IMG/VR virus record: IMGVR_UViG_3300010362_000074
Span: 1 to 30,223 of that record
DNA from: a virus
Lineage: Duplodnaviria > Caudoviricetes
Direction: 5' to 3' (one strand)
Length of the DNA stretch: 30,223 nucleotides
The translations under genes and the position numbers were made by a program. The notes under the pieces are model-generated. The model saw only the letters and a list, made by a program, of their open reading frames with translations, did not search any database and was not told the origin of the DNA. Position 1 is the stretch's first letter. Each line of letters starts with the position of its first letter. Shown one piece after another: positions 17,722-26,753 of the stretch.

Positions 17722-19817
17722 GTCTGGACTACCTGACGTGAGTTGAGTACGCGCAACGTTCCGCTTACGGCATCGCGTACGGCAACGGTGATAAGGTCCG
17801 ACAGTCGCTTGTCACTCACATTGATGATTACCTGCGGCTGCGCCGCCACAACGCCAAAGTTAACCGGCACGCCTCCGACTGTCCCTTGTGGCATGACGCC
17901 AGAGACTGTCTGTTGTGGACCGACGCTGCGGGGTGCGGGAGCTAGTGGCGCAGTGGGCGGACCGATCTGGAGCCCTGGTCCCACGTGCGACTCTTCCGGA
18001 GGCATCGAGCGCGGAGCGGTACCGCCACGCGGCGCGATGTCGCTCGCTCCGAACCGATCGAGCTCTTTCTGTACCCTCTGGCTAATGTGGACTTGCAGGT
18101 TCAGTTGTACCTCTCGCTCCCGCGCGAGCTTATCTATCTGCTTCTCGGCCTCAGTGACACCGGTCACTTTGACTTCGGTCGCTACTTCCTCCGGCGTGCC
18201 CAGCAGGGTATTGACGTACTCCTCCGCTTTGCGCTTCGATCCGGTGAACCGCGTTGCTTGCTCGATGAGCGACTGGCGCATGCGGTTGTAGTCACTAAGG
18301 ATCGAGGCTGTCGACTCGCCGGACTTACGAGCGTCGTGGAGCCGCGCGTTAGTCTGGTCCCCGATAGCCTTCGCGACGTCGGTAAGCGCTTCGCGGTTCT
18401 GCCGACCCTTCTCACTGTTGATATCGAGCGTGCGCCCATTGTCCTTAAGGGACTGTGTAGCGTCATCGATGGCACGTTGGTACGCGATCTGTGCTTCCTG
18501 ACGTGAGACGCCCTTCTCATCGAAGACGTCGAGCGAGCCCAACAGTTTGTCCAAAGAGGACTTAGCATCGTCATACGCCTTGGCTAGGTCCCTCGTTTGC
18601 GTGACCATGCCTTTCGTCTCTGTCGCCGCATCCTTCGTTGTCTTCGCTACGACCTGCGTAGGCTTTTGCATTTCGCGGATCTTGCCGACCGTGCCGAGCA
18701 CAGAGAACTGATTGAGGAAACCCATCCACTTCGCAAACTCTGCCGTGGCCGCAGGCAGGTTCGAATCGTTAACGAGATCCATGAATGTCTTAAGCTGCGG
18801 GTTTAGCTCGTTGCCAAACTGAGCCGCGATGTCCTTCGTCAGATCGGAAAGCGTCGACATCTTGCCGTTGAACGTCTCTGCCTGGCGGGCGATCGATCCA
18901 CTGTAGACATCGGCAAACGCAGCGGGAAGCTTCTCGATTTCTTTACGACCGATCTTCCCTTGCTCCGACATTTCCTTCAGTTGATCGACGGTAACGCCTA
19001 GCTGTTTCGCAAGCGATCCCCACACATCGATCCCGCGCGACTGAAGCTGGAGCACGTCCTCGGCGGAGAGCTTGCCACGAGCCAACATCTGACCGTAAAC
19101 CAGGGCGACATCCTGGATCGGCGCTTGAGCCGCAGACGCAGCCTCACCTAGGCCGCGCACGGTCTCCACGAGTTGATCCGCTTGCACACCGAACGATGCG
19201 AGCGTGTTGGTTGCCTGGAGTAACTCCGGGAATTCGAACGGCGTCGCCGCTGCGAACACTTTCAACTCATCGAAGACTCGCTTTGCGTTGTCGCCGCCCT
19301 TAACCACGCTGTCAAGCTGAGCCCGCATCGTTTCCATGTCGGCCGCTGTCTTGACGGCCGCAGTGGAGGCCGCGCCCAACGCACCAACGAGTCCAGTTTG
19401 GACACTGACCGCACCGATGCCGAGCCCACTTAGTTGCGTACCGAGCTTGCTCAACTCACCGGTCGCGGTTGTCTGTACACTCACCTTGACGTTGTGCGGC
19501 TTGTCTTCGAGCGCGCGCACGTTGCGTTGAAGCTCCGCGATACGTTTCTGCGCCGCGCTCGTATCCGCGCCAACGAGCAGTCCGCGTGCTACCTCGTCCC
19601 GGAGCCGCGCTATGTCAGCCTTGGCTTTGGCGATCGCTTGATCCTTGACCGTCACTGTGACGGTTGGCGCGACCTTTTGATCTCCGAGCTTCGCGAGATT
19701 CTTACTCGTCTTCGCGGCATCACTGCTCAGAGTGTCTAAAGAGGACGCAGCCTGCGAGACGCCCTTTTGTACGCCGGAGGCATCCGCGCTGATTTTGAGG
19801 GTGAGATCGTCAGCCAT
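17718..19817 (-). CDS. Tape measure protein (699 aa)
   Basis: MADDLTLKISADASG start, FAAATPFE...YGQMLARGKLSAED..QL tape-measure domain, Ala/Lys-rich helices. Confidence 0.93.
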   Translation of the reverse strand: MADDLTLKISADASGVQKGVSQAASSLDTLSSDAAKTSKNLAKLGDQKVAPTVTVTVKDQAIAKAKADIARLRDEVARGLLVGADTSAAQKRIAELQRNVRALEDKPHNVKVSVQTTATGELSKLGTQLSGLGIGAVSVQTGLVGALGAASTAAVKTAADMETMRAQLDSVVKGGDNAKRVFDELKVFAAATPFEFPELLQATNTLASFGVQADQLVETVRGLGEAASAAQAPIQDVALVYGQMLARGKLSAEDVLQLQSRGIDVWGSLAKQLGVTVDQLKEMSEQGKIGRKEIEKLPAAFADVYSGSIARQAETFNGKMSTLSDLTKDIAAQFGNELNPQLKTFMDLVNDSNLPAATAEFAKWMGFLNQFSVLGTVGKIREMQKPTQVVAKTTKDAATETKGMVTQTRDLAKAYDDAKSSLDKLLGSLDVFDEKGVSRQEAQIAYQRAIDDATQSLKDNGRTLDINSEKGRQNREALTDVAKAIGDQTNARLHDARKSGESTASILSDYNRMRQSLIEQATRFTGSKRKAEEYVNTLLGTPEEVATEVKVTGVTEAEKQIDKLAREREVQLNLQVHISQRVQKELDRFGASDIAPRGGTAPRSMPPEESHVGPGLQIGPPTAPLAPAPRSVGPQQTVSGVMPQGTVGGVPVNFGVVAAQPQVIINVSDKRLSDLITVAVRDAVSGTLRVLNSRQVVQT

Positions 19818-20277
19818 CGTTGAGCGCCTTAGCCGCTACTTGACGGATCCGCTTACGGATGCCTTTAAGGTCTCGCCGCGCGGATGGCCAAAACCAGTAA
19901 CCGCGACGCCCTAGGTTCGGCCGGAATTGCATCGTGGCGCGGCGACGCACAACGTACGCCGTACCGCGCGGCGAGCGCGTCACGTACGGCCGGCGCGGCT
20001 TGCGCTGGCCACCGTACTCCGCGCCCTGGAGCACCGTGGAGCCCAAACCACCGCCACCGCCTACCCGTATAGCGCCTCCGTCCCTAGAGGCCGCTACGTG
20101 CATCGTGGAGGCCGCGCGACGGCTCTGACGATCGGAGCCCGCAGCGGAGCGTATATCGCTCGCCAACGGGCGAAGCTCGTCCCGCTGGATGTGCCGTACG
20201 ACGTCGGTCCGCACGGCCTCCGGTATGCGACGGAACCGCGCGAGCAACCGCGCCATCCCAACCACTTCGATACTCAC
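19810..20277 (-). CDS. HK97 gp10-like tail completion/neck protein
   Basis: IEVVGM..L...F, AEYGG, YWFWP pattern; basic protein. Confidence 0.65.
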   Translation of the reverse strand: MSIEVVGMARLLARFRRIPEAVRTDVVRHIQRDELRPLASDIRSAAGSDRQSRRAASTMHVAASRDGGAIRVGGGGGLGSTVLQGAEYGGQRKPRRPYVTRSPRGTAYVVRRRATMQFRPNLGRRGYWFWPSARRDLKGIRKRIRQVAAKALNDG

Positions 20278-20752
20278 GCGCGTAACTCCTCAGGCCATAA
20301 CCGCGCTAGCTCTCGCTCTTCCTCGTCTTCGTCCACTTGCGACAGTCCCCGCGGGACATCCGCCGGCGGAGTCGCAAAGATGTCGACATACGTCGCTACG
20401 ACGTCGGGGCCTTCCGCTTCGAGCGCGGACGGGAGACAGCCGAGCCGGAGCGCGAGGAAGCATAGGAGTCTTCCGTAGCTTCCTGCGGCGTAGGGTTTCC
20501 GGCCGCTTGGATCCCTTGCGCATCGAGGCGAACACAGTCCGCGTCAAAGTCCTTATAGGACGGATACCGTCCGTCGAACGCGCCCAACCGCATACCAGCG
20601 AGGTACGCAATCTGTGCGGCTTGCGTCGCCGACCACGGCACATCGAAGAAGCTCTGTGCGTACTCGCTCTCCCACGTGCGGACGTCGCGAGCGTCACTGG
20701 TCACGGTGAACACTTCGCCGGTTGTAACTTCGATGTCGAACGTTGCTCGCAT
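20274..20752 (-). CDS. Tail assembly chaperone GT, -1 frameshift product (about 159 aa)
   Basis: In-frame A AAC CCT at 20498-20492. The -1 frame reads YAAGSYGRLLCFLALRLGCLPSALEAEG...EELRA and stops at 20276-20274, overlapping the next GTG. Confidence 0.75.
20396..20752 (-). CDS. Tail assembly chaperone G (118 aa)
   Basis: ATG 20752 after GAGGGAG; lies between the major tail and tape measure genes. Confidence 0.8.
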   Translation of the reverse strand: MRATFDIEVTTGEVFTVTSDARDVRTWESEYAQSFFDVPWSATQAAQIAYLAGMRLGAFDGRYPSYKDFDADCVRLDAQGIQAAGNPTPQEATEDSYASSRSGSAVSRPRSKRKAPTS

Positions 20753-20786
20753 TCTTGCTCCCTCGTTGTCCCGTCCTCGAGGATTC

Positions 20787-21506
20787 CTAAGTGGACGGCT
20801 GCGCGTCTTCCTGCTTATCGGCATGCTTACTGACCAGCGGGCCACCGATGAACGTCAACGCGTCCGCAACGGAGAGACCCATGGCTTTGATGTCTTCGCT
20901 CGTGTACGCGGCTAGCGGTACTCCGGCCTCTTGCAGCGGCTTATAGGCGTGGTACGTGTAGACGCCACCAGCAGCCGGACCCGACATGGCGCGCCGTAGA
21001 CCAGCGTCACTGCGCCAGACGTTCGGGTCACCCTCCACAGTGAACAGAAACATTTCTCCTCCGTACTTTCGCACCGGATCCGGTGGCACATCGAAGCCAG
21101 CACACCGGTAGTTCTCTGCGCTCGTGTCGTATCCGGTTCCGGTTGCGGAGCTATAGCCGGTGCCGTTGTGCTTGCCGGAGACGTGGACGTGATCCGTGTG
21201 CGGATTCGATCCGCTGTAGTTGCGTTGAGTCCAGCCGTGCGAGCGAGACCAGATGTGCCGATTGAAGATGACGTATTCCAGGTCCGTCGTGTCCTCAAGG
21301 CACCAATTCACGATCGCGTTACCACGCGCGACATCGGAGTACGTCATCGCATCGAGCGCGTGGACGATGCTCCGCGCATCCGGGTTATGGTCCGACTGTC
21401 CACTTTGGTGCGACGTATCGCCTACCTGATAGACCGTGATCCCGGGATACTCGTCTTTAATGAGCTGCGTTCGATGGTCGATGTTGCCGGCCGGCTTCCA
21501 TGCCAC
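20787..21506 (-). CDS. Endolysin, Zn-dependent M15-like (LAS) peptidase
   Basis: GDTSH...SDHNPD...VHALD...YVIFNRHIWS...NPHTDHVHVS motifs. Start moved to GTG 21506 (MAWKPAG) for RBS spacing. Confidence 0.8.
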   Translation of the reverse strand: MAWKPAGNIDHRTQLIKDEYPGITVYQVGDTSHQSGQSDHNPDARSIVHALDAMTYSDVARGNAIVNWCLEDTTDLEYVIFNRHIWSRSHGWTQRNYSGSNPHTDHVHVSGKHNGTGYSSATGTGYDTSAENYRCAGFDVPPDPVRKYGGEMFLFTVEGDPNVWRSDAGLRRAMSGPAAGGVYTYHAYKPLQEAGVPLAAYTSEDIKAMGLSVADALTFIGGPLVSKHADKQEDAQPST

Positions 21507-21527
21507 AATGGACACTCCCTAGTTTGA

Positions 21528-21570
21528 GCGAGGCGTCTAACGGGCTTCGCCAAGCCGCTAGACGCCCCGC
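21528..21570 (-). terminator. Long stem-loop after the major tail gene (terminator or mRNA stabiliser)
   Basis: 16-bp stem GCGGGGCGUCUAGCGG / CCGUUAGACGCCUCGC with two G-U pairs; no clear U-tract. Confidence 0.55.
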
Positions 21571-21592
21571 GGCTACTGTCCCCAGTGGACTG

Positions 21593-22273
21593 TTACGGCG
21601 CGGCTCCTGCGACCCATGCGGACGCATCCCAATGAGCCTGCGAAGAGTCGCCCAATACGACGTACTGTCCCGTTGTCCACGCGGTTGCCTGCCCTAGGGG
21701 CCCTAGAGCTTGCAGGGCGGCGAGATTGGCTGGAGGCGTAGCGTTCGCCGGTTGGAAGGTGCCTGGCGTACCGGGAGTGACGCCGGTTGGCGTAACCGAT
21801 GGAACGATCTCGTTACCGTCCTCATCGATCATCGTGTACTTACCCTTAAGTGGCAGGTTCGCGGTAAAGGTTGCCCACGCTCCACTTGCGACGTTCCCAA
21901 CGGTGTCGGGAGGTCCGATGGTTACGGTTCCCTTGAAACCGCGCCCTACCGGGTTCTCATCGCGATCAACCTTCGGGTAGTACGTGAACTCTGCTTCCTC
22001 GCCATCGTGCTCCAGTAGGAACATCTGGAAAGATTCAGCGCTCTCGACGTCCTGAACGCCGGTCACCGTGAGGTTCCACGTGCGCTCCGCGTTTTCGGAG
22101 TACGAGCCCGTTGGACACAATGTGGACAGAGCCACGACGTCGCCACCGGCTGACGTGAGGCCAGCCTGCGTTACGGAACATTGAAACTCGTGGACGATTC
22201 CGTCTTTGCCCTTGATCGTGAGCTTGATCCATCGGACAAAGAGCGGCTTGACGTCCATCACTGGAGCGGTCAT
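21593..22273 (-). CDS. Major tail protein with a small C-terminal accessory domain
   Basis: FQCSVT...WNLTVTGVQD...FTYYP...FKGTVTI tube pattern; C-terminal AWTTGQYVVLGD..AHWDASAWVAG. Confidence 0.85.
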   Translation of the reverse strand: MTAPVMDVKPLFVRWIKLTIKGKDGIVHEFQCSVTQAGLTSAGGDVVALSTLCPTGSYSENAERTWNLTVTGVQDVESAESFQMFLLEHDGEEAEFTYYPKVDRDENPVGRGFKGTVTIGPPDTVGNVASGAWATFTANLPLKGKYTMIDEDGNEIVPSVTPTGVTPGTPGTFQPANATPPANLAALQALGPLGQATAWTTGQYVVLGDSSQAHWDASAWVAGAAP

Positions 22274-22285
22274 GTATTGATTCCC

Positions 22286-22639
22286 CTAACAGTTAAGTTG
22301 TCCGATGGCACACGTCACGACGTACGCCGGATAGTTCAGTTCCGCGATCACACGGACGGCCGGCTCAACGTGCGTAACAACGATGTCCGGACCGTTGAGC
22401 GCGCGGATCACTTCCTCCGTCACGGCGTCAAGCTCGTCTTGACTGTCCATATCGGAGATTCGCCGGCCGATCACGAACACCGGACACGCGTAGGCGTATA
22501 ACTGCGTGTCGAGATCGATCGTCGGCCGGCCAACCACTACACACGGAACGTTGGTCACGTCATCGGGATAGAAGCCGTACACTTCCCAATCCACTGTGGA
22601 CAGGTAAGCTACGAGTTGCTTCCGCGCCGCGCGGATCAT
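22286..22639 (-). CDS. Tail terminator-like protein (117 aa)
   Basis: VY...PD....PCVVVG pattern; position between connector and major tail gene. Confidence 0.6.
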   Translation of the reverse strand: MIRAARKQLVAYLSTVDWEVYGFYPDDVTNVPCVVVGRPTIDLDTQLYAYACPVFVIGRRISDMDSQDELDAVTEEVIRALNGPDIVVTHVEPAVRVIAELNYPAYVVTCAIGQLNC

Positions 22640-22956
22640 GCGATACCCAAAACGCGATAGGTGTGGATTTTTTGCTCCAGCAGCGACACGAGGTCAGGAT
22701 CACGAGCGATGATGCGGATTGCGCCCATGTCGTCCCAACCGGCGACACCCTCCGGCGACAACCGTCGTTTGTAGAGCCTTGACGCGAGCAAGAGCACGGC
22801 TTGGACCACTTCAGGGTCATTGATCATCGTGGGGTACACGCGGTCGTAAACCCAATTGCCTGCGGCTTCGAGGCAAATCGATAAGGTGCCATCGTCCTTT
22901 GTGGCTTGTGCGCCAATCATCTTGCGCAGTGAATCCAAGCTCGCGCGCTCGCTCAC
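22636..22956 (-). CDS. Head-to-tail adaptor (gp6-like, 106 aa)
   Basis: SLDSLRKMIG..DD..L...LEAA...V.QAVLLLASRLYKRR.SPEG pattern. Start GTG 22956 after GAGG. Confidence 0.8.
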   Translation of the reverse strand: MSERASLDSLRKMIGAQATKDDGTLSICLEAAGNWVYDRVYPTMINDPEVVQAVLLLASRLYKRRLSPEGVAGWDDMGAIRIIARDPDLVSLLEQKIHTYRVLGIA

Positions 22957-22970
22957 GGTGTTACCTCGCT

Positions 22971-24170
22971 CTACGGAGCAACGTGAATCGCACCGTCGGC
23001 AGCCGGACGGTAGAGACCGACGTAACCGGCGTACGAAACCTGCGTACCGAGGACACTCGGCTCGCCAACGGAAAGCTGGCCAACGATCTGCTCGTACATT
23101 TCGAGGCACAGTCCATTGAGGACCCAGAACGTCGCGTCCGTGATCCCTGGCGTAACGACCATCCGGAGACCGGCCGCGTTGCCCGCGAAGCTCGTTGCGT
23201 TCGGCGCTCCGAGGAAGGGGAGCAACGGACGTCCACTTAGGTCAGTCAGACCGCCGAGGCGCGCCCAACCGAGCGGTCCCGCAGCGAAAAGCGTCGGAAG
23301 TGAACCGGTAGCCATATAGACCTTCGCCGCAGCGTTGTAGATAGCCTGGAGCACAACGTCTCCAGTCGCATCCGCAGCGAGCGTCTCTTTACCGGTGGAC
23401 TTCGCCATTTCCGCGATTGCCGCACGCTCCGTCGCTGCGGAGTACCGTGCGGCAAGCTGATTGACGATACTGTCCATTGTGGCCACGTTCCAGTCCGTGA
23501 CCTGCCGCGCCACGTTCACGTACCCGCCGAGCGTCACCAGGGCGACATCCTCAGACGTGATAGTGAACGGCAACGATACAAGCTCGTCCTTTTGGTTGGC
23601 CTGCTCCGCAACGCCGGTCTGGAAATTCGGATCGTTCAGCCGTGGACGCCGGAACGTCGGTCCACTAGGGACACCGTTCGGTCCGAGCGCGTTCACGAGC
23701 GGCCGCGAGGAATTGATGAAGTCAATTACCGGACCGACGATCGCGTTGGGGAACTGTCCGGCGAATTCACCGGTAGTGATATGCGCAACGGCGCGGTCGT
23801 ACCGCGTGAGCCGATCGGTAGCCTCTTCGCGCTCGTGACGCTGACCGATGCGCGAAACGAAGATGTCACGCATGTACGCGCCAACGGAGCGGTACTCCGG
23901 AGCCGTACGCGCGGAACCAGAGCCCGAACCGGTGGCCGCGCCACCGATCTTCGCGAGTCGATCCTGAGCTTCCTGCGAAAGCTCCACGTCGATGCTCAGC
24001 ACGTCAAGCTGCGTATCGATCGCCTTGATACGTTCCTTCGAGCGAGTAATCAACTCAAGCTCGTTTGTGGACAGGTCGCGGCTCTGCTCTGCCGCGTCTG
24101 CGGTTAGCTTCTCGATGAATTCGAGCTTGCCCTTCCGCTCACCCGTCAGCTTCTCCAGCATTGGATCCAC
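22971..24170 (-). CDS. Major capsid protein, HK97 fold, with N-terminal scaffolding (delta) domain
   Basis: Coiled-coil N-terminal ~120 aa, then VAEQANQKDEL...TLGGYVNVARQ; protease gene upstream. Confidence 0.9.
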   Translation of the reverse strand: MDPMLEKLTGERKGKLEFIEKLTADAAEQSRDLSTNELELITRSKERIKAIDTQLDVLSIDVELSQEAQDRLAKIGGAATGSGSGSARTAPEYRSVGAYMRDIFVSRIGQRHEREEATDRLTRYDRAVAHITTGEFAGQFPNAIVGPVIDFINSSRPLVNALGPNGVPSGPTFRRPRLNDPNFQTGVAEQANQKDELVSLPFTITSEDVALVTLGGYVNVARQVTDWNVATMDSIVNQLAARYSAATERAAIAEMAKSTGKETLAADATGDVVLQAIYNAAAKVYMATGSLPTLFAAGPLGWARLGGLTDLSGRPLLPFLGAPNATSFAGNAAGLRMVVTPGITDATFWVLNGLCLEMYEQIVGQLSVGEPSVLGTQVSYAGYVGLYRPAADGAIHVAP

Positions 24171-24348
24171 TTTGGACAGACCTTCCGGGAGATTACGAGA
24201 ACGTGCATTGACTTACGTCTCGCTCCGGAGGCTGACGATGGGATCGAACCGCTTAGCGATCTCTGTCCACATCGGATGTCCGACGCTGCCTGACTTACTA
24301 GGCGCGGAGGGAGCTTGCCTTTAACAGGTATAGATCCCTCCGCAGACA

Positions 24349-24388
24349 GAAACGCTAGACACGGATCGAGCTTCGTGTCTAGCGTTTC
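24349..24388. terminator. Perfect 15-bp hairpin in the capsid upstream region
   Basis: GAAACGCTAGACACG-10 nt-CGTGTCTAGCGTTTC; on the minus strand the stem ends TTTC and continues TGTCT. Confidence 0.7.
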
Positions 24389-24472
24389 CCGCGGCGACTA
24401 TCCAAAGTGGATGACATTTAGGCGACGGAGCCGGTTCGAAACAGACCAGAAAGCCTCCGGCTCCGCCACGTC

Positions 24473-25630
24473 CTAGAAGTGGGTAATCACGCGGACGAAT
24501 CCATCTCCGCCCTTACCACCGGCACCGGAGGCAAAGCCGTTGGTCGATGCGCCCCCACCGCCGCCACCACCACCGGCAAAACCGTCTCCACCGTTGCCAC
24601 CGGTGCCACCGGTTCCCGCACCACCACCAGAACCGCCGTACCCCGGAAGCATCGCGGTTGCCGGAAACGCTTGCACCGGGGTCGCTCCGTTGCCACCTGT
24701 AACGCCTCCAGCGCCACCGGCCGTGACGCCGGGGTAGTTACCTAGCTCGAAGCGCGCTAGGCCGGCTCCGCCAGCCTGAGGGGCGTTTGCGGCGCTAATG
24801 CCGCCACCGCCACCGCCACCGGTCGAGGCAAGCTGATTGGCCGTGCCTCCGTTGGCTCCCGCCGCGCTTCCGTTGGATCCGGCTCCGCCACCGTTGTTCC
24901 ACTGAATCTGCGTCAGAGCCGCACCACCGGCCGTAGCGGTTCCACCGTTGCCTTGACCACCGCCCCATGGTCGATATTCATTGTTGTTGAATCCTGAAAA
25001 CGTCCCGGCAACGCCAGCGGCTCCGTCCGTGTCGTCCGTCGTACGAGCCGCTCCGCCAATGCCTCCAGCGCCGACCGTGAGCGGAACACTCGCGGGCAGG
25101 TCTTCGGCCGCGTACCAAACATTGATAACGTTGGCTCCGGCTCCACCACCACCGCCACCCCGGATTACTCCAGCGGCTCCGCGCCGGCCGGATCCGCCAC
25201 CGCCTCCACCGGACGTCACCAGGACGTTAACGAGCCGCGCTCCCGCAGGCTTATTCCACGTGTAGTTACCAGGGATCGAATAGCTGTCCACTTGCGACGC
25301 TCGTGGGCCCGGTGTGTACAGCTTGCCGTCCGCACCTAAGCGTGAGTAGTTACCGGCATCGGCACTAACGGCCGTCGGTCCGGCCGGACCTTGCGCTCCC
25401 GTTGTCCCTTGTGGACCGGCGTTGCCCTGCGGACCCTGCGGGCCGATATCACCCTGCGGACCGATCGGACCGTCCGCGCCAGTCGCTCCAGTCGGACCAG
25501 GGACACCCTGGATCCCTTGTGGACCTTCCGGCCCCTCCGGTCCGACCGGTCCCGGAATCCCTCCAGCCGGCACGCCTACCGTTACCACGCCTTCGTCCAC
25601 AAGGGTCAGTCGATCGTTGCTCCCGTTCAT
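24473..25630 (-). CDS. Collagen-repeat + glycine-rich fibre protein (385 aa)
   Basis: (GXY)n segment, then [22 protein letters not shown]...[11 protein letters not shown] Gly-rich domain. ATG 25630 overlaps the upstream TGA. Confidence 0.85.
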   Translation of the reverse strand: MNGSNDRLTLVDEGVVTVGVPAGGIPGPVGPEGPEGPQGIQGVPGPTGATGADGPIGPQGDIGPQGPQGNAGPQGTTGAQGPAGPTAVSADAGNYSRLGADGKLYTPGPRASQVDSYSIPGNYTWNKPAGARLVNVLVTSGGGGGGSGRRGAAGVIRGGGGGGAGANVINVWYAAEDLPASVPLTVGAGGIGGAARTTDDTDGAAGVAGTFSGFNNNEYRPWGGGQGNGGTATAGGAALTQIQWNNGGGAGSNGSAAGANGGTANQLASTGGGGGGGISAANAPQAGGAGLARFELGNYPGVTAGGAGGVTGGNGATPVQAFPATAMLPGYGGSGGGAGTGGTGGNGGDGFAGGGGGGGGASTNGFASGAGGKGGDGFVRVITHF

Positions 25631-26133
25631 AGCATGGGCTCCAATACGGTCAACGTACCTTCGAGCATCCGGAAGATTCCTAGCTCCGATGTGGACACGT
25701 ACATGTGCCACGGCCACGCGCCCATGTACTTATCGCCCATGTCTTGAGCATCCTCGCTACTCAACGCCAGGAGGATCGTATCGTCCTCAATGGACGTTGG
25801 CAGCGTCGCGAGCGCATCGCCAAAGCTCGCGAGAGCCTCAACCGTCTCCGGCGTCGCTTTCTCGGCCGGCTGCATCTTTTCCTCAGAGAACACACGAAGG
25901 TGCGGATCGTCCCATAGACCCTGACCGAATACGATGTCCGTCCACAATCGACCGTCGACGCCGATCGTGTTTCGTACCTCTGCGATCCGCTGCGGAAGCC
26001 CGTCGAGGTATACACGATCGTCAACAGTGACGTTCATAGCCTCCACGAGCGAGGGAGCCGGACGCCACAACACGAACGCGCGATGTAGTTCGCCGTGCGG
26101 CTCTACCACGAGGTCATAGCGCGCGGCTCTCAT
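25627..26133 (-). CDS. Putative fibre adaptor protein (168 aa)
   Basis: RYDLVVE N-terminus and W.MYV......[12 protein letters not shown]-terminus recall BppU-like adaptor domains; coupled to the fibre gene. Confidence 0.5.
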   Translation of the reverse strand: MRAARYDLVVEPHGELHRAFVLWRPAPSLVEAMNVTVDDRVYLDGLPQRIAEVRNTIGVDGRLWTDIVFGQGLWDDPHLRVFSEEKMQPAEKATPETVEALASFGDALATLPTSIEDDTILLALSSEDAQDMGDKYMGAWPWHMYVSTSELGIFRMLEGTLTVLEPML

Positions 26134-26753
26134 TGCGCGGCCTCGAATGCTCGCCGCTCCTCCGGCGTCATACGGAGGAGTCTGAGGTCCGCGCGTACCG
26201 CATCGAGGTTGGGAGTACCGGCCGGTGCTTCCGGTGCCTCTACGGCCGTTTGACGGCTCCGCAGAGCCAACACACGCGCTCCCGCGTACTGTGCTTCCGG
26301 CACCAGGGCGACATGCTCCACGTAAACGCGAGCGCGCTCGATCACACCGTCGTTAGCGCGGCGAGACTCCAGCGCGTAGAAAGCGAGGGAGAGCCCGTTG
26401 TCAGATTCCTCCACAAGCTCGCGCGTCTTTTCAGCCGTGGAGGGATAGAGCCTAAAGGATGCGTACGCTCCGTCCGAACGTTCCTCGATCACGGATCCAT
26501 AGCCGAGGATGTTCGGGAAACCGTCCACATGGGAGTATTGCAACTTCACCTTGTGCCAACGAGCATCCGCGCCACGAAGCGAACCGAGGACGAAGCGCTC
26601 ACGATCCTCGCGTCCCCTCTCATCGTCCCAATACTCAACCGTCTCTCCATAAGGGACAACGCGGCCGAACAGAGTCCGGCGCGGACCGCGAGAGCTTGAC
26701 TCTTCGCGGATCTCCAGCGGAACGCTGAAGTGTCGTACATGCAAAGTGTCCAC
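26130..26753 (-). CDS. HK97-family prohead protease
   Basis: RTLFGRVVPYG...ERF..GS...L.YSH...GLSLAF...HVALV..AQY.GA.V pattern. Confidence 0.88.
   Translation of the reverse strand: MDTLHVRHFSVPLEIREESSSRGPRRTLFGRVVPYGETVEYWDDERGREDRERFVLGSLRGADARWHKVKLQYSHVDGFPNILGYGSVIEERSDGAYASFRLYPSTAEKTRELVEESDNGLSLAFYALESRRANDGVIERARVYVEHVALVPEAQYAGARVLALRSRQTAVEAPEAPAGTPNLDAVRADLRLLRMTPEERRAFEAAQ

Noticed and set aside
24240-24260. tRNA-like T-loop GGTTCGATCCC on the minus strand
   Set aside because: I cannot build an acceptor stem, D arm or anticodon arm around it, so no tRNA is called.
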